From: Felis catus
Lineage: Eukaryota
Assembly (NCBI RefSeq): GCF_018350175.1
Contig: NC_058368.1
Location: forward strand, 201,192,001-201,256,000
DNA length: 64,000 nucleotides
Reading direction: 5' to 3'
Shown: positions 52,214-64,000 of the stretch, piece after piece
Numbering within the stretch: position 1 is the stretch's first letter
How the letters are laid out: each line of letters opens with the position of its first letter
Notes under the pieces: generated by a model
The model's database searches: none
Seen by the model: only the letters and a program-made list of their open reading frames with translations
Told to the model about the DNA's origin: nothing
Position numbers and translations under genes: made by a program

Positions 52214-53218
52214 CTGCGCGGGGGGCCGGCGGAGGCGAGGAGAGAAACACAGAGAGAGGGATCACTTCAAGCCGCCATGGCCCGGACCCAAGACTGCAGA
52301 TGACCCCAGCCACAACGCCCTGCGTCACGGAAGTCAGCATCCGCCGACTAGCTGAGAATGGGAGGATAGAAACAGTTTTCTCTCTTCTTCTCCCTTTCTT
52401 TTACCCCCCTTTCCTTTCCTATGAACCTCCATGTCTCTGTCCGTCCGTACCTACTAGCTCAGAACAGCCGCAAAATAAAAATGTTTGATGTGTTTGAAAC
52501 CTGGGCCTCTGTTCCAGCCATCAGTCCCAGGGTAACCCTTATAGTTCTTGGCAGAAAAGAGTCCGGGTGACTCTAGTAGCCACTGGCCCTACACTTTCGC
52601 CTTCCTATCCCCCAATTTCTGCTTCTAGAAATGCCTCCAAAACTGCTACAAAAAGTCCTTCCAAGATAATAAGAGGCTAGGGGATGAGATTATCAGCGCA
52701 CTCGGCCTGTAAATATGCACAAATGCACAAGCAGAGTAGCAAAATGAAACCTCTGAGGGTTTCCAGATCCCCTTCTGCACAATAACCACGTTGCAGTTTT
52801 TCCCTAAGGATTTTTCCTCCCGCAACAATGTTCACACAAAGTTTTCCTCTCCATTCTTTCTTTTATTATCTTTGAAATTTTCTCCTGCTCCCTCAATCTT
52901 TCTCAAGTTGTTGAAGCATCTACTTCTATTTCAGTTTGCTTGAGAACCATGACCAGCGAGAAAAATGAAGAGACCCACTTCTAAGGTCTTCCTCGCTGAT
53001 CTTACCCTACAAGGGACAATCCTTGTAGGTTCTACCTAGGGGGCACTGCCCTGGCCCCCTCTCCAGCTCAGTAAAAACAGAAGTGGGAACATTTCTACAA
53101 ACAGAATGGACCAGAGGAAAAGATCCATACAAAGTAGGGGGAGGGCAACTCACTCCCCCCTCCAGGAGACAAACCTAAATAGTCCCCCTGTTCTGCTTTT
53201 AAAAGGACAGGAGTTCAA

Positions 53219-53222
<4 letters not shown>

Positions 53223-53259
<37 letters not shown>

Positions 53260-53260
53260 T

Positions 53261-53314
<54 letters not shown>

Positions 53315-53340
53315 GGAGAGGGAGAGGGGGAGAGAGAAGG
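53223..53340. repeat. (CA)n(GA)n compound microsatellite in ISL1 intron 2
   Basis: Direct reading. Confidence 0.95.
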
Positions 53341-54997
53341 GGAAAAGGTAAAAGCGATTGGCTCCTTTTATAAATGTGTATGCAGAATTAGATACAGAAA
53401 GGTCTGTATGCAGTTGAGCAAAACCCTATCTCCATAGGAGGAAAGATAGTCCTAGAGGTGCAAAGTGAGCTCTCCCTCTCCAGAATCTTAAGCTCACACA
53501 CTAGTCAAGTAAACAATGAAAATGGCTCATTTGTCAGAGGTTAGAAGGTAGATTCAAAAGTTTTTCCTCCCTCCGCCTACTCTATGTGAGATCTTCCATT
53601 TCATAGGATGAGGACTTTACCTTGCCTGTGACCAAACAATTTGGAAAATCCCTCCCCCTTCCTCTAGTTCCCCACATCCCCTATTTCCTCCCGCTCTCTC
53701 CCTGCAAAGTATTAATAACCCCCCAACTGCTCAGTTTTACCTACCAAGATTATACTATTTCATGATTTTGCAATAAGAAAAAGCGTTGCACACTAAGTGG
53801 ACAGGGAAAAATTGTGACTGCATACTTAAATCTTGACTAAACTTTAATATAAGTTCTCGGCTCCAGATATTCTATAACTTACAAAAGCTAATTACTTGTT
53901 AATAGACACTGGAGAGTTTTTTAAAAAATATATACATAATACTTTGATATTATTTAACATAATAGTGAAGATGTTATCTCTTCCGTTTGTTATTAAAACA
54001 ATAAAATTTTCTTTAGGAATTCTACTTGCTTCCTAAGGCAGAAAATGAAATTTCTGACATATATATACACAGGTTAGAAAAAATTTGAGATTTGTGAACA
54101 TGAAGTTAAGGCATAAAATAAACTGAAAGAGAGAGAGAAAAAAAAGGAAAACTCAGAAAGTTCCCAATGTGGTGTTAGTCTTGTCAGTATGGGCAATTCG
54201 CTCATTTTATCAGTTACCAGATTTTAATGTGAGAAAGGAAGCTGTTCAATTATCTAAATATACCAATTGTTCGTAGACAGATGATGAGCAATTTGATCTG
54301 CTCTGTCTAATTCATCAGCTCAGATAAGATAAGAAAGAAAAGATAGTCAGATGTCACCAAAGGGTTAATATTTAAAAAGATTAAATATCCGGTCTTTTTG
54401 CAGGGAATATTTGGGTTGGTTTTGAAATTTTCCAAGAAGGGACTCTTGCCCTAAGAGTAAAAGGGGCAATATTTCTATCTGCACTTTCAAAGTGCACTTC
54501 TAAACATCCTTAGTTCAAACTTTTATTTTGCGTATTGCATTGACATTTCCACAGAATTTGTAAGTTACTAAAATACTGAACTATAAAAAATAAACGAATA
54601 GGGAAAAATACCGCATGATACAATAAAAACCAACCTTTTAAAAAAGAGAATTTAGAAACCCGAAGTTATCCATCTTTAAATTTCTGTTTGTTTGTTTTGG
54701 AAGGGGGAGGGTGAAAGAAGAACACAATTTGACTATCACAAATTCCAAGAGCCATTAAACCAGCTTCACTACCGCAACTTATAAAAAACCAATACTGAGT
54801 TGTGGGGTTCCCCCGCCCAAACAGTGAAAGAAACAGAATAGTGCAATTTATGTAACACATTTAAAGGGTAACTTTTCCACACCGGCTCCCACTAAGGCAA
54901 ACTTCGCAAAAAGACAAAGCCACGTCCAATAATAAAAAAGGAGTACAGAGAGACAGGGAAATCTCACAAAATTAAGGAAGCAATATAAATGGCGTAC

Positions 54998-55187
54998 CTG
55001 ATATAATCCCTTTTACAGTAGGTTTTCCCATCTCTAACAAAGCAGGTACAGCTCTCGTCCAAATACTGATTACACTCTGCACATTTCAAACATGCCGCAT
55101 GCCATTCCAAATCCGGAGAAACCCTCAGAATATACTGATCGTGAATTTGATTGCCGCAACCAACACATAGGGAAATCAGACGTTTTT
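54998..55187 (-). CDS. ISL1: ISL1 exon 2 (LIM1: CVGC...[10 protein letters not shown]...CKRD)
   Basis: ttcag|AA AAA CGT ... ATC AG|gtacgc; 190 nt. Confidence 0.99.
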
Positions 55188-56049
55188 CTGAAATGAAAAT
55201 AAATACATGATTGACTAACCGTTTACTTCCTACAGAGATAAACACACTTTTAGTGTCGTTCTCTTATAGGGCGTACTCTGGGAGTTTTTCCCCCCCTTTC
55301 TTTCTTCTTCTTCTTCTTCTCCTTTTTTTTTTTCTTTTCAAGAGTATTGCACTTTGGGATGGTAATTGAAGTGTGCCATCAAAACCTTGACTCATTTTAA
55401 AAAAGGAGGTGGAATATATGTAAAATGCAGATTTGAATAGTCTACATTTGTAAGCCTAGCACGCAATCAAACCCGTTCATTTTGTATTTCTTTTTCCTCC
55501 CTCCTCCCTCTCTGCCATAATCATCGGGAAAGATTATGGATAAGTCAAGTCAAAGAAAAGGTTTTGACTAGAAGCGTTAAGTGAACGCTTATATTTTTCA
55601 TGAAGCACGCTCTTAAATAGCACATAGGACTGGATATTGTTAGCAAGAGCAGGCATCAATACAGTTGTCACTCGTTCTCTTTTGCAAGTCTAATGCTAAT
55701 TCACATCTCCGGGTATTGTATGCACAGGCAGACCTTTGCAACAGAATAACCTTCTCGGGGAGCTCAAGACTCCCGAGGAGGAAACCACCGCTTAGCACCA
55801 GAAGGCAAGGGTTTTGGAGGGCATACAGGCGAATTCAGACACAAGGTACGATCAGTCTCCCGAAGATCAGAACCGACAGCAAGCATGCAGGCGTGGCGGC
55901 AACAAGGGAAAAAAAAAAAAAAAAAAGCCACCTTTTCTCTCTCTCCAGGCAATGACTCCAACTCTGAAGAGCTCTTGGCACCCGTGCCTGAGAGAGACCC
56001 GCGCACAAGAACAGCACACCGAGCCCCACAAGGTAAAATAGCCTCTTAC

Positions 56050-56077
56050 TTTTTGGTGGATCGCCCATGTCTCCCAT
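56050..56077 (-). CDS. ISL1: ISL1 exon 1 coding part (MGDMGDPPK)
   Basis: ATG at 56077-56075, 28 nt, then donor gtaaga; joins exon 2 to give MGDMGDPPKKKRLISLC. Confidence 0.98.
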
Positions 56078-56189
56078 ATCTGTAAGAGGGAGTAATGTCC
56101 ACAGTGAAATGGTGGTTGTACAGTTGGTGAACAGCCCTCAGAGAGGATGCTGGAGCTGTGGCTAAGTGGGAAATAGTGGCCCCTGGGGT

Positions 56190-57150
56190 TGCCAAGGCTG
56201 AGAGAGCCGCTGCCCGGCTGCGCCGCGCCCTCGCGGAGCTGGGAGTCCAGTTTAAGCCGGCGGAGTTGGCGGAGCAGAGGCGCTGCGGCGGCGGCGGACT
56301 CGACGCGGCTCGGGCACCTCTCTTCCTTATCTCTTACTCAAACTTCTCTGCTCCAACTCAGCTCCATCGCCATTGGTCTGACGCAGCGCGCGGGGACGTC
56401 AGGCGAGCGCCGCGCCCATTGGCTGCGGGGCGCGCGGCGCAGCTGTTCTGATTATCATATTTCAGCCTCGCCGCCGCCGTGCGCCACTGACCGCTCGGCG
56501 AGCCCGCGGGAGAGGATTAGGGCTCCCGAGGCAACTTGCTCCGGGCTCAGGCCGCTCTCTCCCCCGAAGCTCGGGCTGCCCGGCTGCTCTGGCTTCTGGC
56601 CTGCCTCTCCTTCTCCTGCTCCTCCTCCTGTCCCCCTCCCTCGCTCCTTCCCGGCCGTGCCGCCAGCGCCCTCGCCTCCTGTCGCGCTGCTCCTCCGCCC
56701 TGCGCTCCTGGGGTCCCCGCAATCCGGCTGGCCGTGCTGCGCGCGGGGCACTTTTCTGCCGCCGGTGGCGAGTGGCTGGTGGGTAGGTCTTCCTGATGAC
56801 GAGGTCCTTCCAGAACTCTAGGAAAAGGGGCGTCTTGGAATAGGCCGTTTGGCTCGGTTGCGTCTGGCGCTGTGGCGCGCAGCTCCGGGCCCGGCCCGGC
56901 TTTGCTGCTGGGGAGGGTGAGTTCCCGGACCCGCTGCGCCTGGCGCGCTGGGAGCTGCCTAGTGGGAGAAGAACCGGGAATCGGATGACTAGACACACCG
57001 GAATTGTTTTCTACTGCTACCCCAAACCCCGTTAACCACCGACCTCAGATCTCCAAAAAGCTGGGGTGGGAGGAAAAGAGCGCTTGTTGCCTTAGCGGAG
57101 AATCAGGTTGGGAGTACGCAGGGAAAACCAAGTTGACTCCGCGGACTCCT
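56190..57150. promoter_or_regulatory. ISL1: ISL1 promoter / 5'UTR CpG island with two CCAAT boxes and two CRE half-sites
   Basis: Very high GC and CpG content; CCAAT (minus) at 56372-56376 and 56418-56422; TGACG at 56379-56383 and TGACGT (minus) at 56396-56401. Confidence 0.85.
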
Positions 57151-58265
57151 CTCTCTTCTTCCGACCCTTGAGGTCTATCTACTTTTGCAGTTTAACTCTA
57201 GCATTTGGAAGCGCACTAACCCGAAGTCAAAGAGTGAAATGATCTTCCAGTAGTTGGAAGTTTGTAAAGCGGTTATATATATCCTGTCCAGGTCCTCTCC
57301 CTGCTGGTCTCCTGCCCTTTGTTTTTAAGCAGACGTGTGCAGTTTTGTTGGTGGTGTTTCGGTAATTATAAGGACAGGTCTCCATGTCTTTAGAGATTAA
57401 AAAAAAAAAAATGTGTTAGTTTAAGGGCGTGAATAGGGAGGGATCGAATACTGAAGAGCGGTGAAATACCTATTTCACTTCACCGGGTTTGTTTATCTAA
57501 TACTTTTCTCTCGGGGAAACAACCTGGAGAGAGAAGAATGTTGGCTCGCCGGTAACCTTTTTCAATAATTTCTGACATGTTCTCATCACCCTTTACAGTC
57601 TTCCAAAAGCAAAGTCACAGGAAAGGCCACGAAGAACACCCCCACACCCACAAGTCTCCCAAAGCTTCTAAATAGCGATTCCTTATCTAATGTGACCGCC
57701 AGTTTTCTCTTAAAAGGTCCACAAACCCAAACAGTAAAAGGCTTAATTTCAGTGTCTTGCTGCTGGGAGAAAACCCAGTTTGTGAGGAAACTCCTTTCTT
57801 TGTACTTTTCGCCAGATTTAACCCTTGATAAGAGCTGTGAGCTCTCAACTGGCCTCCTGGCTTGGTTTGCACGGTTATGCGTTTCCAGAGCACAGATGGA
57901 AGCTAAGATGTTTGAGTTTTCTCCTGACCTAGCTGGGTTTTACCAAGAACACATAATCTGTTTCGTTTTGTTTTCTCTCAAGGAAGAGTTTTAACTGCAT
58001 CTCATGCCTTCTATTTTTATTGTAAGTTTTAAAGTTATATCAGAGTATGTGTGTGAAATTGAAAGTTGGAATAGACATAGGTTGATAAATTTATCAGGTT
58101 TTTGTTTAAAAATCTGTTTTGTTTAAAGTTTCTAATCTCTGGTATTATGTGCATGGAGCCTTTTGTCAGGCCGCTTTTGCAAAACTGATGCTGGTAATCA
58201 AAACACCAGCAAGTCTTCCCGATATAAGGGCATGTTTCCCTTATAGATAACCAAGTTGACTCTAG

Positions 58266-58311
<46 letters not shown>

Positions 58312-60449
58312 TACCACTATAATGCCAGAAAGTAAATAGGGGATTTTAACCAATCGTATTCCATCATGCTGCCTTTATAACATGGAATTAAACAGCAGAA
58401 GCTACCAGAAGCCTGATGACATATTTGAGATCCACAAAGCGCCTTCACTATTCATCTCTCTTCAAACCAGTCACACACACAGTGTGATTATTTTAGCTCC
58501 CTAAACTAATAACCTATTCCAAAGAATTATTACTGATGATAGCAATTCCAAGGCTTGGAGGAAAGCCTTTACAAACGGGAAATTTCATCATAATGGTGAA
58601 AACACGTTTTCTTTTTTTTCAGCCCACGCTGTTATTATAAACAAGTATTTTCTTAATAAGTTCCTAAGCTGATAGAGGTAAAAACCTTGCAGAAGATACT
58701 CCTTGTTAAAGGGAGAAATTTGAGGAAACCCACTAATAGGTTGTTCCCTGATGGACGTGCTCTCGAGTTCTATGTTTATTGCTAATGTATTTTCGTTAAA
58801 ACCGAAGTTAGGGGAGCAGCCATTATTTTTTTCACTTCACTTTAAAGTTCATACGTGACCAGTGATCATTCTCCTGTTTCCTTAGCTGATTGCTAACTGT
58901 GCATTTAATATATCAAATATATCTGTAAAAAAATATTTGTGATGTTTTTATAGAATATAACAAACTATGATTAGCAATATTTTCCCCCCAGTACTTGATC
59001 ACAGGAGCGACCTCTTGTGTTCAAAGGGGAGATTAGACCCTCTCCTGACAAAAACGGACTTCTTTTGACCTTTGCATATTCTGTTAGGTCAAAAATGTAT
59101 CTTTCAGAACAGCAGTTGTGTGAATCCCCTGCTGTGAGCTCCTCTACTGATGAGAGAATTAGCAGCATATTGGTAGTGACAAAGTATAGTCCCAATTACT
59201 TCCCCATCACCCCAATATACTTCACAGTGTCTTTGAATATAAAAAATATCCTGAGATTTAGTAAGTTTCTCTTGAGTCTGTGACATCGGCCTGTGTGCAC
59301 TTGTATGCACTTTCCATAATACAGCTATTACACGTGGGATCTTAAGCCCATGTGTCTGTGTGCTGTTGCTTTCTTTCTGTGGTTTAAAATTTAAGCATTC
59401 CACATCAAACTTAGTGCCAGATACAGAGTCCTGAACAAATATGTTCTCAGGCTACTTTTCAGAAATCTAAATAGGTTTTAATTGCAATTGAAAAGTGGCA
59501 TTACACATTTAGAATGTATTTATTTCCCAAGAAGCTCTGACAGATATAAGTGAATTTTAAGTCAGTTCTTTGGGAAATTATGTACAGAAAGGGGAAAAAA
59601 GCTTTTTCCTTTTCCACTAAGATTGGGAAGGAAAGGGATTGTTGATCAGCTTTCTCTGAACTATGGCTTTGTTTGGAAACTTATTCCCAGGAAGGTGAAG
59701 CTCTCTTTAGCCCACATCAGAATCAGGTTTGAAAGAGTAAAATAACAATTGGACTGCCAGTTTTTATGAGTAAGGTATTCAGATAGAAAAAAATAAATAC
59801 ATATATAAGTGACAGAAGGATTTATCTTTTGTGATATCCAAAAAACCTGCTATTTGAGCATCAAGATGAAACATGAACACATTTTATTCACCTCAGAAAA
59901 TAGGGATGGAATGTATGTATACACTCCATTCCCCTTCTCATTTTTACTTTTTCTGTGTAGTCTTAATCATGTAGAATAAGGGTATACAAACCATCAGTAT
60001 CTTAAATTATATCCAAGGGTCAGATAGAAAAATGTGCATTTAAAGGGAATAATGGTTAACCATTTATATTCCATGCTGGAATTAGGGTGTGGGTGCTTAG
60101 AGCCAATTTGACCCTCTTCCAGTTGTTTTAGGTGGTGGTTTACCAAGGATGAAATCAAAAGAATCTGCACTCTAATTTCAGAGGGAAAGGGAAGAGATCT
60201 TCTTTCTGTACCATGAGTTTGAAATGATTGTCTCTCTTTCCTTTAATTGTTCCTTAAAAAAAAAAAAAAAAAAAACAAGCAATGATAATAATAAAGGCAG
60301 TTGTTAACAACAACAAACCTTCAGTTGTGATTCTCATTTTATTGAGGAGGACTCCTGCTGCGAATGTGGTTTTGTTGGTGTCAATTGCTTTATTAACCAG
60401 TTGAAACAATCTGGGTGAATGAGCAAGAATCTTCTGCAGGCTGAACTTC

Positions 60450-62720
60450 CTAGCCTGCGCTTCTGGCTGGGTTCAGGTAGCTGTTTATGTCACCAGTGTT
60501 CCCGATGTTCGTAGGCGGCAGCGCAGGAGGCAGCGTTCTTGTGCGGTCTGCTGCTCGATTCCCAGCCTGGATAGAATTCCACGCTCCGGGCAGCGGGGAA
60601 GCCACAAACCTCAGATCAGTCTTGAGAATGCCAGGTTCCGCTGTTCATTGCAAGGAGGGAGTTCGACCAATCGAGGACAGAAATTTACACCACTTAAAAT
60701 TGTGCCTCTGGAAATACTGTGATCGCACAAAAGTGGCTGGCAGTGTGAGGTGAAATCTTTTTCTTCCCTTTCCTGGGGAGAGGGTGTTTTTGTTTTTGGA
60801 ACTGTTCAGTGGCTAGGAACAGGTAATTTTTAACTGGACCAGAGTTCGGCTCAGAGCCCAGGTTGGAGCCAGTGAGTGCAATGTGCTGAGAGGTTCTGGC
60901 CCAAGGACTCACTGAAACCTACATCTTGCAAAGCTTTCATTAAATGTATCGGATTCTCGCGGGGGTAGTTGGGAGTCTGGAGAGGAGAACAAGCTTTATC
61001 TCCCAAGTCCTGGACGATTCTCTCAAAGCTGCCATATCTGCACTAGATCTAGCAAAACACCCACGGGCCCACCCGAGCTTTCAGGAAACCGGGAGCAAGT
61101 TAACTCAGTCTAGTTGATCAAATGACATTCTTTCTGAAAGAAATAACACCCTTTCCCCCACTGCAGTTTTGTCCAACGGGCAGCTCTGAATTTAGCGCCA
61201 ACGGATTGATTTCCACCGCCCGCTGGAGGTTTACTGGGAACGAGTGGAGGAGGGGAGGCCAAGGTACCTTGGAGGAGGTCAAGAGGAGGAGGAGGAGGAG
61301 AAGGAGGAGCAGCAGAAAATTACCAGCCAAGCGGGGGAGGGAATTGGAAGCCCGGAAATCTATCAGGATGCCTCAAATAACCTTCCCTTACTCTCAGAAT
61401 TCAGCGCTCAAAAATCAGCCTCATTGCAAGGTGTCCTGGGCCCGAGTCCTCGGGTGGGTTGCGGAGGTGATGTCAGTTATAGCTACTTCCGATGAATTTA
61501 ACTGGTGGCTAAAGTGTGTCGGGGCTGTTTAGTGTAGCTGAGAGTTGCGTGGGTCGGGGCTGTTTTTAAGGGGAGAGGCAATCATCGGTGGCACCCACAA
61601 GTAGATTCTGTGAGTGGAAGAGAAGGTGAGTTCGGGGCTGGAGAAAAAAAAATCTTCAAATCTTCGAAAAAGATCAGTTCGAGAGAGATTTTAGGGACAA
61701 TTTTCAAGGTTGCTGTCTGCTTCAACTCCGCGGAGGTGAATGAGAGGATAGAGCTCGGGTCTTGTGTGCGTTTAGAATTATCTGCGCCTCCGGATCCACA
61801 TTGTTAAGAAAACTCATCAATTCTTTGAGACTTCACGTTGAGAGGCGGATTTATCCTGCTCCTCTACCTGCTAAATATCGAGAAAAGGGGCTCTGGAGAC
61901 GACCTTTTACAGAAAGAATGCCATTTGATCAACTCAACTGAGTTAATGACTTGCTCCGGAAAGGGTCAAGAACGCCTTTCCTTCCCACCCGCGCAGCGGC
62001 GGGGACGCCCTGGGCAACCTCTCTACCCCAGGTGGCCTCTCAACGGGGGCCCAGGAGCTCCTGTCCTAGGGTTCTTTTCGGGCTCAGAGTCCTGCGATCA
62101 AGTTTCTGATATTTCCAAAAACCTCCATGCTTCCATGTTCCAGCACATTGTCTCTAGAAATTTAGCCTAGCCCAGGCCCGGGATCAAAGAGCGTGAAACA
62201 AAGAGACACCCCCCCCCCCTCACCCCCACCACGCACCACCGCACCTCCGGATCCCCTGGGCCTTATGCCTCCAGGATTTCCAATTTACCAACCTTCTAGC
62301 TGGGCCCCCACCCCCACAGGGTTCTGCACTCAAGGGCATTTTCCGATTCCATCTTCCCATTGACAAAAGAGGAAAAATCGAACTGAATCTACATCCCCTG
62401 CCCTCACTCATGCTAGACTTGAGGAGAAAATCAAAGTCACGAAGACCTCTCTCCTTGCTAGGTTGGCAAGAGCAGCTCCTGGAGAGGCCACTCGGTTCCT
62501 TAGTGTGAATCTCCTTGCCACCCACGTTTGGGACCAGAGCCCGGGTTGCCCTGGGTCGCGCTTTGGTGGGCCCAGCTGGGGACGAGAAAGCAAAGGTGAA
62601 TCCGGTCACCGGTAGCTCTGGTCACTAAAAAAGAGGGGTCCCTGCCTGCCTACCACCTGGGGCTGTCTGCTGGGGGGACCTTCCAACCTCCTAAATACGA
62701 GGTGGAGGAAAAAAGTTCAA
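60450..62720. promoter_or_regulatory. Moderately CpG-rich upstream region (weak island or shore)
   Basis: CpG density visibly above the flanking AT-rich DNA; no repeats or credible ORFs. Confidence 0.5.
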
Positions 62721-64000
62721 CCTCGGGCTGTGGCCTCAGAGATGCAACCCTCTGAAGGTTAAACTTTCCGTTTTAGGTTGTTTCCTCCTCTGCTGGTGCA
62801 ACACCCCGGGTTTCCCCAAAATGAATACACTCGTGGAAATCAAAGAATCAAGGTACTATTTTAATTGCTTCAAACTGTGTCAAATCACCTCCTTATGCCA
62901 TCTGCCAGAAGTTCAACTTTCTCTGAGTGCCTACATTCCAGAAAATTGTAAGGACAACATTCCCTCTGCATTCGTTTTGATGGCAGCGTCCGGAAAGGAC
63001 AGTATAGTTATTAGTGCACAACATTTGAGAGAATAACTTAATTCTTAATATCATCCCCAGAATACACACACCTCAAAGTATTAGTTGCCATTTTTTTCCC
63101 CAAGTTTATTCCATTCACTCTGTGTTGGAAACGTTGAATTGGAAAACAAGAGAGAAACCCCTGCGGCGGCGAGATTCACTTCTGTGCTCAACTGTTGGGC
63201 GGGGGACCCACAGGGGCTGATTAGCAGAGAGACGGGCTCCTTTGTTGATTTAAGAGTTCACCAGCCAAGATATAACAATTACCTTGATGCCTTTTCTCAA
63301 TTGTCTATTGTTGACTTATTTCTGCAGTTCCATCCGCTGTACAAAATTCTTTCCAAAAAACTATTAAAACATAAGTAAAAGTATAGTAATGGTAACAGAC
63401 TACTTTAAATGGCTTTGTTTATCATTTATATATACCTCATACACATCTATGAAATATATCAAAAGTGTATGTAGCACATCCTCTATGTATAATACATATA
63501 ATTATATGCTAATGCAACATCATTTTTATATCATAAGTTAATACCATAAAGGAAAGTTTGAAATGCTATTTCTAATACACATAACACCCTCTGTCCAAGG
63601 AAATAATTAGCAGGCTTGAAACTGATATTTGGAGGTGTTTCTATAGAGAACAAAATCTGAAACTCCGAGAACCGAAATCCCATCAAATATGATGGTACAT
63701 AACAAGGTTGCTACAGATTAATAATATAAGAAAATAAGTTTCCTGTTTTGCAATCTCATTTTATTTTACTTGTGCACATAAAATTTCTTTACCATTTAAC
63801 TGTTCCAAAGTCTCTGATCACATCATATCGGCAAGAAATAAAAATCTGCAAGTGTGCATAATGCTTAAGGAATTACTATAATTAACTTTTTTGATTTGAC
63901 AATATTGTGCTCACCTTTATTTAAATGTAAATATTAATATATTACAGTTAATATAACTGTATAACTAGATAATATCACCATGTCATAATTTACAAGAAAT

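Noticed and set aside
53033..53048. CTCF-like motif tacctagggggcactg in intron 2
   Set aside because: Mismatches in the 5' part of the core; unsupported without a PWM score or ChIP.
56158..56998. ORFs up to 210 aa across the promoter
   Set aside because: Low-complexity products of the CpG island.
57461..57478. 8-bp inverted repeat gtgaaata-cc-tatttcac
   Set aside because: Expected by chance in 64 kb; no supporting context.

Overview
Mammalian genomic DNA from a carnivore, most likely a felid given the CanSINE/SINEC_Fc-type SINEs. The right half holds the complete LIM-homeodomain gene ISL1 on the minus strand. Its six coding exons (56050-56077, 54998-55187, 51954-52213, 49848-50134, 48479-48646, 46290-46406) all have GT-AG junctions and sum to 1050 nt, i.e. 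349 aa plus stop. The 3'UTR runs to about 45110, the promoter is a CpG island, and further CpG islands and motif-dense candidate enhancers lie in a ~27 kb domain nearly free of recognisable transposons. The left half is repeat-rich intergenic DNA: an internally deleted L1 with nested SINEs, about 18 CanSINE copies, an ERVL (MLT2-like) LTR with nested insertions, L2/MIR relics, a Charlie-type hAT element with its 8-bp TSD, and a full-length PPIA (cyclophilin A) retrocopy that still has an open 158-codon frame. I found no convincing previously undescribed biological system. The best leads are the open-frame CypA retrocopy, a splice-acceptor-like sequence abutting the ISL1 start codon, a G32 run in the alternatively spliced intron 4, and candidate cis-regulatory elements. 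Repeat subfamily names, reference-protein comparisons and literature parallels are from memory and need database confirmation.
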